Origin: Podospora anserina
Taxonomy: Eukaryota
Length of the DNA stretch: 64,000 nucleotides
Assembly: GCA_017654855.1 (NCBI GenBank)
Contig: CM030337.1
Coordinates: 1,984,001-2,048,000, forward strand
Direction of reading: 5' to 3'
Part shown: one piece after another, positions 1 through 11,699 of the stretch
Layout: each line of letters starts with the position of its first letter
Numbering within the stretch: position 1 is the stretch's first letter
Made by a program: the position numbers and the translations under genes
The notes under the pieces: generated by a model
Told to the model about the DNA's origin: nothing
What the model saw: the letters and a program-made list of their open reading frames with translations, nothing else
Databases searched by the model: none

Positions 1-1326
1 GCTCAGGAGATGGCTGTCGAGGCAGCCTCTATTGCCCAACACACACCGGCGAGATCAGAAGACGGGCAAAACGAGGATGAGAACGCACCTGGTTTCATGT
101 CGCAATCCATTTACGAGAAGCTCCCATCAGTATCATCAGGAAGTGGCCCCGTTAAGCGGAAGCCGAGAAGTATCAGGAGGAAGTCGGCGCCGATTTTGCA
201 CGAGCACTTCGAGCCAGGAAGCATGATCCGCTCGATGCGCGCGCATCAGGACAGCATCACTACTCTCGACTTTGACGCCCCCTTTGGATTGATGGTTTCG
301 GCTGCAATGGATGATTCGGTTCGTGTTTGGGATCTGAACGCTGGTCGCTGCATTGGTCTCTTGGATGGCCACACTGCTTCGGTTCGCGCTCTCCAGGTCG
401 AAGACAACTTCTTGGCAACTGGCTCTATGGATGCGACTATTCGGCTCTGGGATCTCAGCAAGGCTCACTACGACCCGCAAGGCAGCAGCTTTGGTAAGGA
501 GGAGGACGATGACGAGGACGCTCTTGCCTTCGAGAACCCCAGCGACTTGCCGGTAGACCCTCCTGCCAACAGCATGGCTGATTGCCCACTCTTCACCTTG
601 CAAGCTCATCTTGACGAAATCACGGCTCTTCACTTCCGAGGCAATGTTCTTGTGTCAGGTTCTGCTGATAAGACTCTTCGGCAATGGGATCTGGAGAAGG
701 GACGTTGCGTGCAGACTCTGGACGTTATGTGGGCTGCCGCGCAGGCCACTGCTCTCTCCCACGACAATGATACCTGGAGACAAACCAACAAGGCCCCGGA
801 TACGTCTGCGGATTTCGTTGGCGCACTCCAAGTCTTCGAATCCGCACTCGCCTGCGGTACGGCCGATGGCATGGTCAGGCTCTGGGATTTGCGCAGCGGA
901 CAGGTGCATCGCAGCTTGGTAGGCCATACTGGGCCTGTCACCTGCCTGCAGTTTGACGACGTACATCTGGTTACTGGCAGTTTGGACAGAAGCATTCGGG
1001 TGAGTGTAAATTCGAGGTTATTCAAGGGACGTTTGCTAACTGGTGGCCAGATCTGGGATCTCCGAACTGGGTCCATCTATGACGCCTATGCTTATGACAA
1101 CCCGATCACAAGCATGATGTTTGATCAAAGACGCATTGTCGCCGCTGCTGGCGAGGATGTCGTCAAGGTATACGACAAGGTTGAGGGCCGGCACTGGGAC
1201 TGCGGTGCTGGCATCACCGAGGCCGATGAAGCCAAGAGCCCTGCCATCGTGGAGCAAGTGCGCATCCGGGACGGATACATGGTTGAGGGTCGGCGGGACG
1301 GCATCGTTGGCGTCTGGACCTGCTAG
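1..1326 (+). CDS. mdv1: Mitochondrial division WD40 adaptor Mdv1/Caf4, 5' end outside window; intron about 1000-1050
   Basis: WD40 repeats ([88 protein letters not shown]) ending GVWTC, as in fungal Mdv1. Intron GTGAGT...GCTAAC...CAG. Frame is open from base 1. Confidence 0.88.
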   Translation, partial: AQEMAVEAASIAQHTPARSEDGQNEDENAPGFMSQSIYEKLPSVSSGSGPVKRKPRSIRRKSAPILHEHFEPGSMIRSMRAHQDSITTLDFDAPFGLMVSAAMDDSVRVWDLNAGRCIGLLDGHTASVRALQVEDNFLATGSMDATIRLWDLSKAHYDPQGSSFGKEEDDDEDALAFENPSDLPVDPPANSMADCPLFTLQAHLDEITALHFRGNVLVSGSADKTLRQWDLEKGRCVQTLDVMWAAAQATALSHDNDTWRQTNKAPDTSADFVGALQVFESALACGTADGMVRLWDLRSGQVHRSLVGHTGPVTCLQFDDVHLVTGSLDRSIRVSVNSRLFKGRLLTGGQIWDLRTGSIYDAYAYDNPITSMMFDQRRIVAAAGEDVVKVYDKVEGRHWDCGAGITEADEAKSPAIVEQVRIRDGYMVEGRRDGIVGVWTC

Positions 1327-2076
1327 TCCTCTGGGTCCCCAGTACAGAGAATCTTGTATAACGTTACCATGTATCAGTAAAAAGAGACGACAGCGATGAC
1401 ATTTGGAGACATGAAGTCAGTTTTAGGAACATTTCACGGTTTTAAAGGCACATATCGGATGAGCATGATCAGAAGTATACGCAAGTGAGGCTTAGACAAT
1501 GATTATTTGTCCGTGATTCGGTTGCCGAGTGTTGTGCACAATCTCGAGGAGGTAGCGGCCGCATCACCCGCGCCCAAGTGTGTAGGAGGGCCAATGAAAG
1601 GGAAGCAAACTCCCCAATACGGCAGGCCCGCTATCTCCGGCCTTGCTGAAGCCGGGCGGAGGAGGACCGCATCACCGCCCCTGGGGCAAAATCTGCCGGA
1701 CAAGAATCTGCGGGCCCGCATCCCGCGGATCCCCTTTTTCTAAGCTGTCTTGTGGTTTCTCGGGGCTACATCTTTTCATCCGAGATGCGGGCGGTGTTGG
1801 TCCTGATGGTTGCTGAGGCGGAAAGGTTCGACGGGACTACGGAGTATCAGAAGAAACCGAGAGGCTCAGCCCTATGTTGGTTTCTCGAGCGTAGTGGTTA
1901 TCAAAGCTGAATCATGATGGTGAAAGGTGAAGGGAGGGATGTTAGGGTTGAGGTATAAGTATTCGTGATATCCGCCGTTTTCAACAGTCCAAGATAATCA
2001 TCATCATCATCATCATCATATGATCATGATACACACCCGACTGTCTGTACAGTTATCACATCATACCATTTAACAC

Positions 2077-2126
2077 GCAGAATCAACAAGCAGAATCACC
2101 AAGCAGAATCACCAAGCAGAATCACC
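2077..2126 (+). repeat. Four tandem copies of a 13-nt unit (GCAGAATCACCAA) directly before the AKR start codon
   Basis: GCAGAATCAACAA GCAGAATCACCAA GCAGAATCACCAA GCAGAATCACC followed by ATG at 2127. Confidence 0.9.
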
Positions 2127-3517
2127 ATGGCACCCACCTTTGAAGAAGCCCTCACCTCTACCTTTACCCTCGCGCCTCCCCCCAAAAGCCCTCTGGCGCG
2201 CTACCGACTCCTGTCTCCCACAGCAGGAGTGAGAGTCAGCCCGCTGTGCTTGGGTGGTTTAAACATTGGTGATGAATGGTACGCCGCTTCCCCCCGATCC
2301 CCCTTTCCTTCCCACCAGAGTTAAGCTAACCCACATAAAGGAAAGCCCTCATGGGCGAAATGACCCAACCCCAAGCCTTCTCCCTCCTCGACTACTTCTA
2401 CTCGGCCGGGGGCAACTTCATCGACACGGCCAACGCCTACCAAAAGGAGCAGTCTGAGCAGTGGATCGGGGAGTGGATGGCCCGGCGTGGGGTCAGAGAT
2501 CAGATGTGTAAGTCCCTCCCCCCCTGCCTTTCTCTTCGAGGGCGGAGCTGACGATAAAGGGGCGCAGTCATCTCAACCAAATACAGCAACAACTTCCGCG
2601 CCGGCCACGGCGAAACCGAGATCATGGCCAGCTACATCGGCAACGGCACCAAGTCATTACACACCAGCGTTCACGCCTCGTTAAAGAAGCTACAGACGGG
2701 GTACATCGACCTGCTCTTCGTCCACTGGTACGACTACGCGACTTCAATCCCGGAGCTGATGCAGAGTCTCAACGTGCTGGTCAATCAAGGAAAGGTGCTG
2801 TATCTTGGGATCAGCGACGCGCCGGCGTGGGTGGTGACAAAGGCGAATCAATACGCGAGGGATCACGCGCTTAGGGGGTTTAGTGTTTACCAGGGTGAGT
2901 GGTCAGCTGTGGCGAGGGATTTTGAGAGGGATGTTATACCGATGTGTAGGGAGGAGGGGATGGGGATCATGCCTTGGGGTGCGTTGGGGGGTGGGAATTT
3001 CAAGAGTGAGGGGGGGCAGAGGAGGGCAGAAGGGGTGGGGGGTGAAGGGGGAAGGGTTCACGCGCCGGTTGGGGAGAGACATGTCAAGGTTGCTAAGGCG
3101 TTGGGACGGGTGGCGGAGAGGAGGGGGACGGGGTTGACGAGTGTGGCGCTGGCATATGTGATGCAGAAGGCGCCGTATGTTTTTCCGGTCGTGGGGGGGA
3201 GGAAGATTGAGCATTTGAGGGAGAATATTGAGGCGTTGAAGGTGAGGTTGGAGAGGGAGGATTTTGAGGAGATTGAGGGAACGGTGGAGTTTGATTTGGG
3301 TTGGCCGAATAAGTTGCAGTTTGGGGGGAGGTTGCCGGAGAATATGCAGGATTTTTGGTTGATGGGGACGGCGGGGTGGTTTGATAATGTGCCGGTTGTG
3401 AAGGCTATTGTGCCGGCCAAGGAGGAGGAGGCTGGTGATCTGAGTAGTGATCATGCGGATGGGGCTAAGGTGGTGTCGTTGGTGAGTGGTGGGTGGAAGG
3501 GGGTCAAAGGGGAGTAA
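2127..3517 (+). CDS. Aldo/keto reductase, aryl-alcohol dehydrogenase / norsolorinic acid reductase-like; introns 2279-2340 and 2508-2567
   Basis: Spliced frame reads [67 protein letters not shown] and VFPVVGGRK, the AKR motifs of the AAD subfamily. Confidence 0.92.
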
Positions 3518-3907
3518 CCTTGGGATGAGTTTTTTGGCTTTTGTTCGAAGTTTCTTTCAATGATAGATAATCTAGTTGTCTCTTTACCACCAATAACGTT
3601 ATGACCAATGTGCATTAAGTGTACAGGTTTATGTGCGGTGTCCTGGACCGTCTTGCTCCTTCCTTGATACTACCGCTCCTTCCTCGATACATCAGCCAGC
3701 CGCTCCGGAAGGTGCATCTGAACACATACCTTCCAACAGAGAATATACCGGAAAGACTTTTCCGTTTAATGCAACACATGACTTGATCCCATCCTCAGTT
3801 TTCTGTTCGACATCGAGACCTTGACTCGACAGTTCCTCTGGCTGTACTGGTGTCGCGGTGAGCCCCTGACCCCATGCACCTGGCTCTCAACCACGGCAGT
3901 CTTCACG

Positions 3908-5424
3908 ATGGCCACCGAAGAAGGCGCGGAGACATACAAAATTCAGGTGACACCCCTTCAGCCAAGGTCTTCCAATCTTCGTACATATTCACGCAAGAAG
4001 TCAATCAGCAAGCTGCCGTCACTCAAGCCATCCCAGAAACAGTATCCTGTCAAGCCACCGCAACAAACTCAGCTAAATCTTCGAGTGACGAAGACACCGA
4101 GTAACGTTTCGAAGGCGGCTGAGCCAAGACCCTCGAATCGCATCGAGGTTGTCATTCCGGATACAGAGAGTGCTAGTTTCGATCCTCATGACTACGATGA
4201 CGCCTATGTTGGTGAGGAAGAGGATGAAGTCGTGGATGACGACGTGGGCGGCAATGAAGTCGCGGAGAACTATGAAGTGGTATATGCAAGCGAAGGTGAT
4301 GGTGAGAATCTGAACACAACAAGAAGAGAGTGTACGTGTGGTATTCCTGACAGGAACATGTAAGCCTGCTAACGTCCAAAATAGCCAACACAGTCTTCCT
4401 CCCGCCCGGCGCAGGGGAAGACGTGTATAATATACCAGATGACTTACCAGAAGACTTGCCGCCTGTCGTACCCAATAACAGTGATCGCCAGAAGAAGTCC
4501 AACGGCAGTGAACGCCAGAAGGACCCGGTCCAGGTTGTAATGCCATCAACAACACCACACTTCACGCAACAGATGAGACGCGGCCGACCGCCCGGCAATG
4601 GTCCTCGACGCCCTCACCTAATCTTCAACAAGCTCCCTTCGAGAAACCGCTTCAAAAAGCTCCCGCAGAAATCCGGACGACAGACCTCGGCTCTCCGCTC
4701 CAACCCAGGCGACGGCTTCTCAGACGATGAAATCAAACGCTCTGGCCTCGTACTCCGTCGCAGTGCGAAGCAAAACACATCAATCACACGCGTGGCTGAC
4801 ACTGATATCCCCCGCAGACCACCACTTCCCAGGCTCAAGCAGGACAAGAGAAGGGCAGACTCGGAGGACAGTGTTTTCGAGATCAGACCAAGAAAGAGGA
4901 CAAAATGCAACCAAGAGCAGCCAGACTCAATCGCCAATCGGTCAACTCAATGGAGATCAACTCCTCGGCTTGCAGTCCCAACACAGATCCTCATTCCACC
5001 TCTCCGCCAGCCCAGTAATCCCAAGGCCAGGGTTATCGTCCATCCACCCACAAGTGATGAGGATGAGGAATCAGAGTACAGCCCAGACGACAGAGTCATT
5101 ATCCCCCAAAGCAGAGACTTCATTACCTCATCAGACTTGCGAACCACTGAGGACGAGGAGGAGGAGGACGAGGAGGAGGAGGACGAGGACGAGGAGGACG
5201 AGGAGGACGAGGAGGAGGAGGAGGAGGAGGAGGAGGAGGAGGAGGAGGGCAGTGGTTATGCAACATACATCTCCGAGACTTTCACCGGAGGCCAACGATC
5301 GAGCTCAGTACCTGTCGAGCCCACAGTACAGAGTGACAGTGCAGGCAACGGGGTGGATGCCGGGGTGCAGATTACTCAGGGGCTGGAAGAACGGAGAGGG
5401 TTGAAGAGGAGTAAGACGCAGTAG
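3908..5424 (+). CDS. Hypothetical low-complexity, probably nuclear protein with a possible AT-hook and a long acidic tract; intron about 4332-4384
   Basis: ORFs 3821-4363 and 4423-5424 can be joined by a GTACGT...GCTAAC...TAG intron. Contains RRGRPP, basic clusters (RPRKRTK) and a poly-E/D run. Start codon and C-terminus are uncertain. Confidence 0.6.
5148..5247 (+). repeat. (GAG/GAC)n trinucleotide tract encoding poly-Glu/Asp
   Basis: Continuous gaggag/gaggac run visible in the sequence. Confidence 0.95.
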
Positions 5425-5812
5425 AGAGGGACAAGGGCACAATGACTGGCCATGTAAAGGATTGACAATATTTTGGAACGTAGGGGGAAGACTGTAGGAA
5501 AGGAAGGACGGAAAGAAGGAGGGGGATGTATTCAACATGCTTGACAATCTTTGCTGCACATAGCTTCTCAGCGGTTGGCTTGAACATCATCCTGCATATT
5601 TAGGCCATTAATCAGACAGTGACCTTGCTCTTCTTGGCTATTTTTATTTGTTACATTGTCATCATCAATATGTACTCTTGCCAGCACCAAAAAAACCACC
5701 AGAAAAAAACACGAATTCTTGATTCCCATTCCCAAACGCCTGGAACATTAAAAAGCAAGAGATATCTTCCCTCTCGTCATCTTGGACTCCTAGTAGACCA
5801 CAAACGGGCTCC

Positions 5813-6926
5813 TTATTTGGTCCCCTTTCCCTTAGCCTCCGTCTCCCCCAGCTCCCTCACAAACACCCTTGTCCTCCCCTGCCCGGTATAATCCTCCATC
5901 CCCGTCTCAAACCCAGGGCAAACCCCAATAGCGAGGTACTTCCCATCCCCACTGAACCCCAAGCTCGCCACCGCCTCGGGGAACTTTTGATACTGCCTCA
6001 TCCTCCTCTTGGCCTCGGCATCCCAAAGCGCGACCGTCCCATCACCACCACCAGAGGCAAAAGTGCCGTATACCGGGTGGAAAGCGAGGGCGTTGACAGG
6101 ATAAACAATATCCCCACCACCTTCTTCTTCCGGGGCGGCCTGCCGGTGGCACTTGAACGCGTATTTCCTCGCCTGCGATTCGAGCGTGTCCTCGAACCAC
6201 TCCACCGCCACCCTCCCCTCAATCGAGGAAGTAGCATACCCAGCATCATTGGGCATGCACGCCACCGCGCGCGTCAAAAACTTGAGCGACGACTCCCTCG
6301 TCTGCCATGGGGCGGGAGGACTGGTGGCAGCCGCCAAGGTGGGCAAATCATAAATATGCACCAACCTCGCCGTCATAGCCACCACCAACTTCGTCGGGGA
6401 CGATGACAAGGCGTGAGGTTTCCCGGGAAGGGGGATGACCAACGGGTCCGACCCCGGGTCGGAAAGCTTGTGGACGTGGAGGGTGTTGTCCCAGCTAGCG
6501 GAGACGAGGAGGTTGTGCGCGGAAGAGTAAACTACGCAGCGGACAGGCTCGGAGTGTTTCGACAGGACGGTCTGCTCGCCAGAGGTGAGGTCGATCTTCT
6601 TGACTTGTCGGTCCATGCCTGCGGTGTAGGCTTCATTGTTGGAGGCATCGCCGAAGCAGACGTCTAGGACGGGGGCGCGGTGCTCGTATTTGTTGAGAAG
6701 ATTGGCGTTGTCGCCTTCGCCTTCGGTGAGTTGGTAGAGGTAGACGTGCTTGTCCCAGGAGGAGACGAGGAGGCGGTGGGAGGAGTCGGGGGAGAAGACG
6801 AGGGAGGAGACGGCGTCGGTGGGGGGTTGGGGGAGTTCGAATTGTGTTGCTGTTTTATCACCCTATTAATATATACACGTATCATCGATGATGTATAAAG
6901 ATGCGCGGATACATACAAGGAGCCAT
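5813..6926 (-). CDS. bub3: Spindle checkpoint WD40 protein Bub3; intron 6850-6916
   Basis: ATGGCTCCTT|GTATGT...CAG gives MAPSTQFELPQPPTDAVSS. Motifs RESSLKFLTRAV, YATSSIEGRVAVEWF, KYAFKCHR, VYPVNALAFHP, TFASGGGDG and KRRMRQY are typical of Bub3. Confidence 0.92.
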
Positions 6927-7374
6927 TTTGTCCTGGTTTCTCCGTTGTGTGGTGGGAAAGCTGAATCCTGTTGAACAATCAATCACCGTTTGGGAACTCT
7001 CTCGCAGATGGGAACTGTTGCGAAAGAGCTCCAATGCGACAACCAATCTCTGGGGCAATGGCAGTAAACAAGCCTTGGCATATTCTGCCGTCCCACACCG
7101 CTATTATTTTCCAGACGACCCGTCCCCTGTGGCCCCCCACTTGCCGCCCCTAGGTTGCGGTCAGCGTCATCGTCTCCCGCTAATCTTTTGGCGGGGCAGA
7201 TGCAAGCACCGAGAAGCTGTCAAATGTCAACCAACTACTGAACCGAACCATCCAGAACACATCACTCTCACGCGACGCGATTAACATTGAGGCTCACAAC
7301 ACCACACTTGCTTTCAAACCCTTTCGACGAAACACACACCTTTCTTACAACTCTCCCACAACGCACAACACACA

Positions 7375-8535
7375 ATGCCCTTCGGACAACTCGTCCTCGG
7401 CAGCCCAGGTGCAGGCAAAAGCACCTACTGCGATGGCAGTACGTTCCCTCCCCTCCTTCTACCCCCTTTCCCATACTAACCTTCCCCTGCCCCAGTGCAC
7501 CAGTTCATGTCCGCTATAGGGCGCCAATGCTCCGTCATCAACCTCGACCCAGCCAACGACCAAGCCTCCTACCCCTGCGCCCTCGACATCCGCGACCTCG
7601 TCACCCTCGAAGAGATCATGTCCGACGACCGGCTCGGCCCCAACGGCGGCGTCCTCTACGCCCTCGAAGAGCTCGAAAACAACTTTGAGTGGCTAGAAAA
7701 CGGGCTAAAAGAACTCGGCGACGACTACGTCTTGTTTGACTGCCCGGGGCAGGTCGAGCTGTATACGCATCACGCTTCCTTGCGCAACATCTTTTACAGA
7801 TTGCAAAAGAGGTTAAATTACAGAGTATGGCACAACATCTTTGCTGGCTAATTCTGCTGTATGCTGACTGGTTGTCTACAGCTAGTAGCAGTCCATCTAT
7901 CCGACTGCTTCTGCCTAACCCAACCATCTCTCTACATCTCCACCGTCCTCCTCTCCCTCCGCGCCATGCTCCAAATGGACCTCCCCCACATCAACGTCCT
8001 CACCAAAATCGACAAGATTTCCTCCTACGACCCCTTACCCTTCAACCTCGACTTTTACACCGAAGTCCAAGACCTCTCCTACCTCATGCCCATCCTCGAC
8101 GCTGAAGCACCAGCCATTCGTAGCGACAAATTCGGTGCCTTGAACAACGCCGTCGCAAACCTCGTCGAGCAGTTTGGGCTAGTAAATTTCGAGGTGCTGG
8201 CGGTAGAAAACAAGAAGAGCATGATGCACCTCTTGAGGGTTATCGACAGGGCGGGAGGGTATGTGTTTGGTAGCGCCGAAGGAGCTAATGACACCGTTTG
8301 GCAAGTCGCGGTGCGAAATGATTCTTCATTGCTGGATAGTATCGATGTCCAAGACCGGTGGATAGATAACAAGGCCGAGTATGACGAGCGGGAGAGGCTA
8401 GAGGAGGAGGAGCAAGAAAAGATCAGGGAGGCCCAGGCCCAGGCCCAGATGGATGCTGCTGGTCCGGTGCCTGGGTTGCCCCAGCTAGGTCCGGGCGATG
8501 GCTCGGGGATCAAGGTAGTTCGTAAAAAGAAGTAA
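7375..8535 (+). CDS. gpn2: GPN-loop GTPase 2; introns 7439-7495 and 7825-7881
   Basis: MPFGQLVLGSPGAGKSTYCDG (P-loop), VINLDPAND, LGPNGG (GPN loop), FDCPGQVELYTHH, MLQMDLPHINVLTKID. Confidence 0.92.
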
Positions 8536-8557
8536 ACCCTTGCTTTGAAACTAAAAC

Positions 8558-9145
8558 TCAATCCTCAACCATATCATCCTCAGAAGCGGAGTCAACATCT
8601 TGACCTCCAAGAATGGGAAGAGTGCGCTGCTGGTTATTATTGTCCCCGCGCAGCAAAGCACCTAGAGAATCGGAGGAGCTTTTGCCTTTGAGCTCCTCCT
8701 TGGCGGCGAGAACGAGCAGTCTGGCGCGGCGAATGGTCTCCTTTTCGACCTTGCGCATGGTGCCGCTCACGCGGACGACGCGGTAGATGCAGGGGCGGCC
8801 GTTCTTCATGGGACAAGACTGCATGAATGACAGGGCGGCCCAGACGAGGCGGTAGTGGTCGCGGGAGACGCGGAGGATGAAGGTTGAGGTGGCGGGGGAG
8901 AAGTATTTGACCTGGAGGTTGTGGTTTACCTTTCCTGCGCCGCAGTCGCCGAACAAAGAGGTGACTTCGTTGCGGACGTCCTTCAGTAGGGTTTGGGGTT
9001 TGAGGTCTGAGTTGGTGGGCTGGTTGTAGAGGAGGAGGTCGGAGACGGGGACGGGTACGGGTACGGGTACGGGTGTGCTGGTGGAGGGTGGGAGGTCGGT
9101 GTAGAGGATGTTGACTAGGAGGTAGCGGTCTTTGAGGCGGACCAT
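8558..9145 (-). CDS. pop5: RNase P/MRP subunit Pop5 (Rpp14/Pop5 family)
   Basis: MVRLKDRYLLVNILY, LFGDCGAG, VKYFSPATSTFILRVSR, RVVRVSGTMRK. True start taken at MVRLK (9145) rather than the longer ORF-track start. Confidence 0.9.
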   Translation of the reverse strand: MVRLKDRYLLVNILYTDLPPSTSTPVPVPVPVPVSDLLLYNQPTNSDLKPQTLLKDVRNEVTSLFGDCGAGKVNHNLQVKYFSPATSTFILRVSRDHYRLVWAALSFMQSCPMKNGRPCIYRVVRVSGTMRKVEKETIRRARLLVLAAKEELKGKSSSDSLGALLRGDNNNQQRTLPILGGQDVDSASEDDMVED

Positions 9146-9776
9146 GATGAGGTCTTGAAAATCTAATGAAGGGTTGGTGTGAGGTTTGTTGTGAGGGAAA
9201 GTTGATGTTGACTGATGTGTGAGGAGAAGGGTGAGAAATGCTTGGCTTATCGATAAAACGTTGTGATGGGCGAGCCTAAGTTTAAAGTAAAAGTGGGGCG
9301 CTGTTAAATGCATCCCTGAAGAGCGCAGAGCCTCTTCATCACAACAACACAACACACCATCTCGAACACATTAGCAGAAAACCATCCATTAACCAGGGTC
9401 ATATTCCCAACCTGCCATCTTCCTGAAACCCACGCTATAGCTGCCCACCGCCTTTTGGTTATGGCAGTCCCTATCATACAGCCTTCATTTGAACCCAAAC
9501 CCAAAACTCATCCATCATCATCAAACCCGGCTCAATCAATCATTCATTCAGTCCCAAGTCCCTGAGTTTGTAATCCTGAGTCTCCAATGAAATAAACCCC
9601 CCGCCCCTTCCATTGGTCATCCCTCATGAGTGTCCCCCATTCCGATCCTTGACATGTAAGAAAGGTTGCCCTTGCTTGTATATTGCTCCCACAGAGACCA
9701 ACTATCCCATTCGCCTTCTGTGCTGAAAACAGGTACTCAGCCAGCCAATTCTGCCGGTGCGCTTCGGTAAACAGGC

Positions 9777-10712
9777 TTAAACCTGCTCAGCACCCCACCC
9801 AGCATCAGCCTCGCGCATATTGGCAGGGGGCTCGATCGAGGGGATGAACTCCAAAGCGACGTAAGCAGCACCAGCCAGACCAATAAGCGAGCCCATGATG
9901 ATCCTGAGAGTGCCGTCGTGGAGAAGGATGGTGCCGATGAAGATGTAGACTAGAAAAAAGTTATCATGTCAGCTGGAACCCCAACCATTAGCAGCCCGGC
10001 ATAAAATATACTTACAAACACCACGACCAATGAACGAGAACAAGAAAGATCCGTAGCGCGAGACCTGAGGAGGGATCTGGAACTCGAGGAGAGCGGTGGC
10101 CAGACCAAAGAGGATCACGTAGACGCCGATAATCGACGACTGGCTGTTATTCCGTTGGTAACGATCCTATATTAAGTATTGGGTATATCACCAACAACTT
10201 ACAAGCCAACGGGGAAAAACTGGGAGATACCGCCAGCGACCATAAGACCACCCACCACCAAGTTCACAATGCGGCTGTGGGAGGGAATAGTTAGCATATG
10301 TTTTGTTCTTTCATCATCCCAAGATATAACACGGCCAGCGATGTCCAAGCTCCATCACGTCGACCCTTGCAAATCCCGACGACTGATGCTGTTTCGGCAG
10401 TGCATCGCAACCCAGTATCCACACACTTCGTCCTTAATCGCTAACACAACGCAGGGTCTCGAGGCTCGGTCAGGCGTTCTCGATGCGGCGTCGTCATTGA
10501 TCCAATACCATCACCGACGTCCAACCCTTCTCGTGCATCGCGCCAATCCATTTGATAGCGCACGATGGGTAGTCGCATTCCGCTATTCCTACCGTCGTCA
10601 TTGCCTTCCCCCCTCATTTGATCCAACCTCCTCCCCTCTACAGCGCCGCGCAACAACAACCTCGATCCGATATAACGAAAAGCAAAACCTACAAGATGTT
10701 TGAGAAATCCAT
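9777..10712 (-). CDS. tvp15: Golgi membrane protein Tvp15 (COPI-associated family), four exons: about 10712-10693, 10274-10203, 10143-10016, 9949-9777
   Basis: Not in the ORF track. Manual splicing gives MDFSNIFRIVNLVVGGLMVAGGISQFFPVG...IIGVYVILFGLATALLEFQIPPQVSRYGSFLFSFIGRGVFYIFIG...ALEFIPSIEPPANMREADAGWGAEQV*, with canonical GT-AG sites. Confidence 0.88.
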
Positions 10713-11699
10713 CGTATCTTTCCAATCGAGTCTTTGTAACTCTGTCCGTGTCTCGCTTCCGTGTCTCGAAGTTCGTCGGTCGGTGGGAATCGGAATGGGA
10801 ATGTCTTGTCGTTTTTGCTAATTGCGCGGCGTTGTTTGGGTGATAGTTACGTGTTCCTTTCTTTTGACGTCGTGCAAAAATGAAAAAAGATTCTAGAAAG
10901 AAAAAAAGGAGCTGCCTTAGGGAAGCTTGCGAAACACAAACTTGGTCAGGGAAACCGACAGGGGGAGCTCTTCCGAACAACCAAGAGAGCTGGAAACGGA
11001 ACCCCAAATGACGCGGCGCGGCGCAACGTGGTGCGGAGGGCTTCCGTGTATTAGGTAAGACTCCTCCGAACCCCGGGTCCAACTCAACAACCGAAGAAAA
11101 CTCAAACATCAGGAGGACCTAGGGGAATTGATTGCAAAAAGATGGAGGTGGTTTACTTGAAGTATATAAAGGTTTGAAGACAATGTCATCACCACTGTAT
11201 TTTTGAAGAATGCAGACCCAAGATACCTAGGTTGTCAGTTCCAATAGTTACACTTCCCAAAGAGGTTAAGCCTCAAGTATGATACCATCCGAACGCGGTT
11301 TCATGATCCCCCTCCCCTCGCCCACCATATCAACATAGATTAAATATTTCCCAGGAACCGGGTTGGTGGTATCATTCCTATCGATTGCAACTCTGCAAAA
11401 GTATGGCTCAGATGGTTCAAATGAGAGTGAAAAAGTGATTGTAATACTGTTGAAGATTGATCAATTGGAATTGCCGTGTCCTCTAGTAAAGGAACCCAAA
11501 GCACCCAAAGCACCTATATACCAGCTTTCTCTACCACCCGAAACGCCAAAGGCCGGTCGCTATCCCGTGCTGTCTGTTTAAACTCCAAACCCGTGCGAGC
11601 CCAGTGTTGCTTTTCTCGCCCCATGCACTCCACAGAGAACCCCAGGCCCAATGCACCAACCCAAAGCCCATGACAAGATTATTATCCAGCAGATGGTGA

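Noticed and set aside
5422..5445. TAG stop as a possible A-to-I editing or readthrough site
   Set aside because: Readthrough adds only a few residues before TGA, with no targeting signal or domain.
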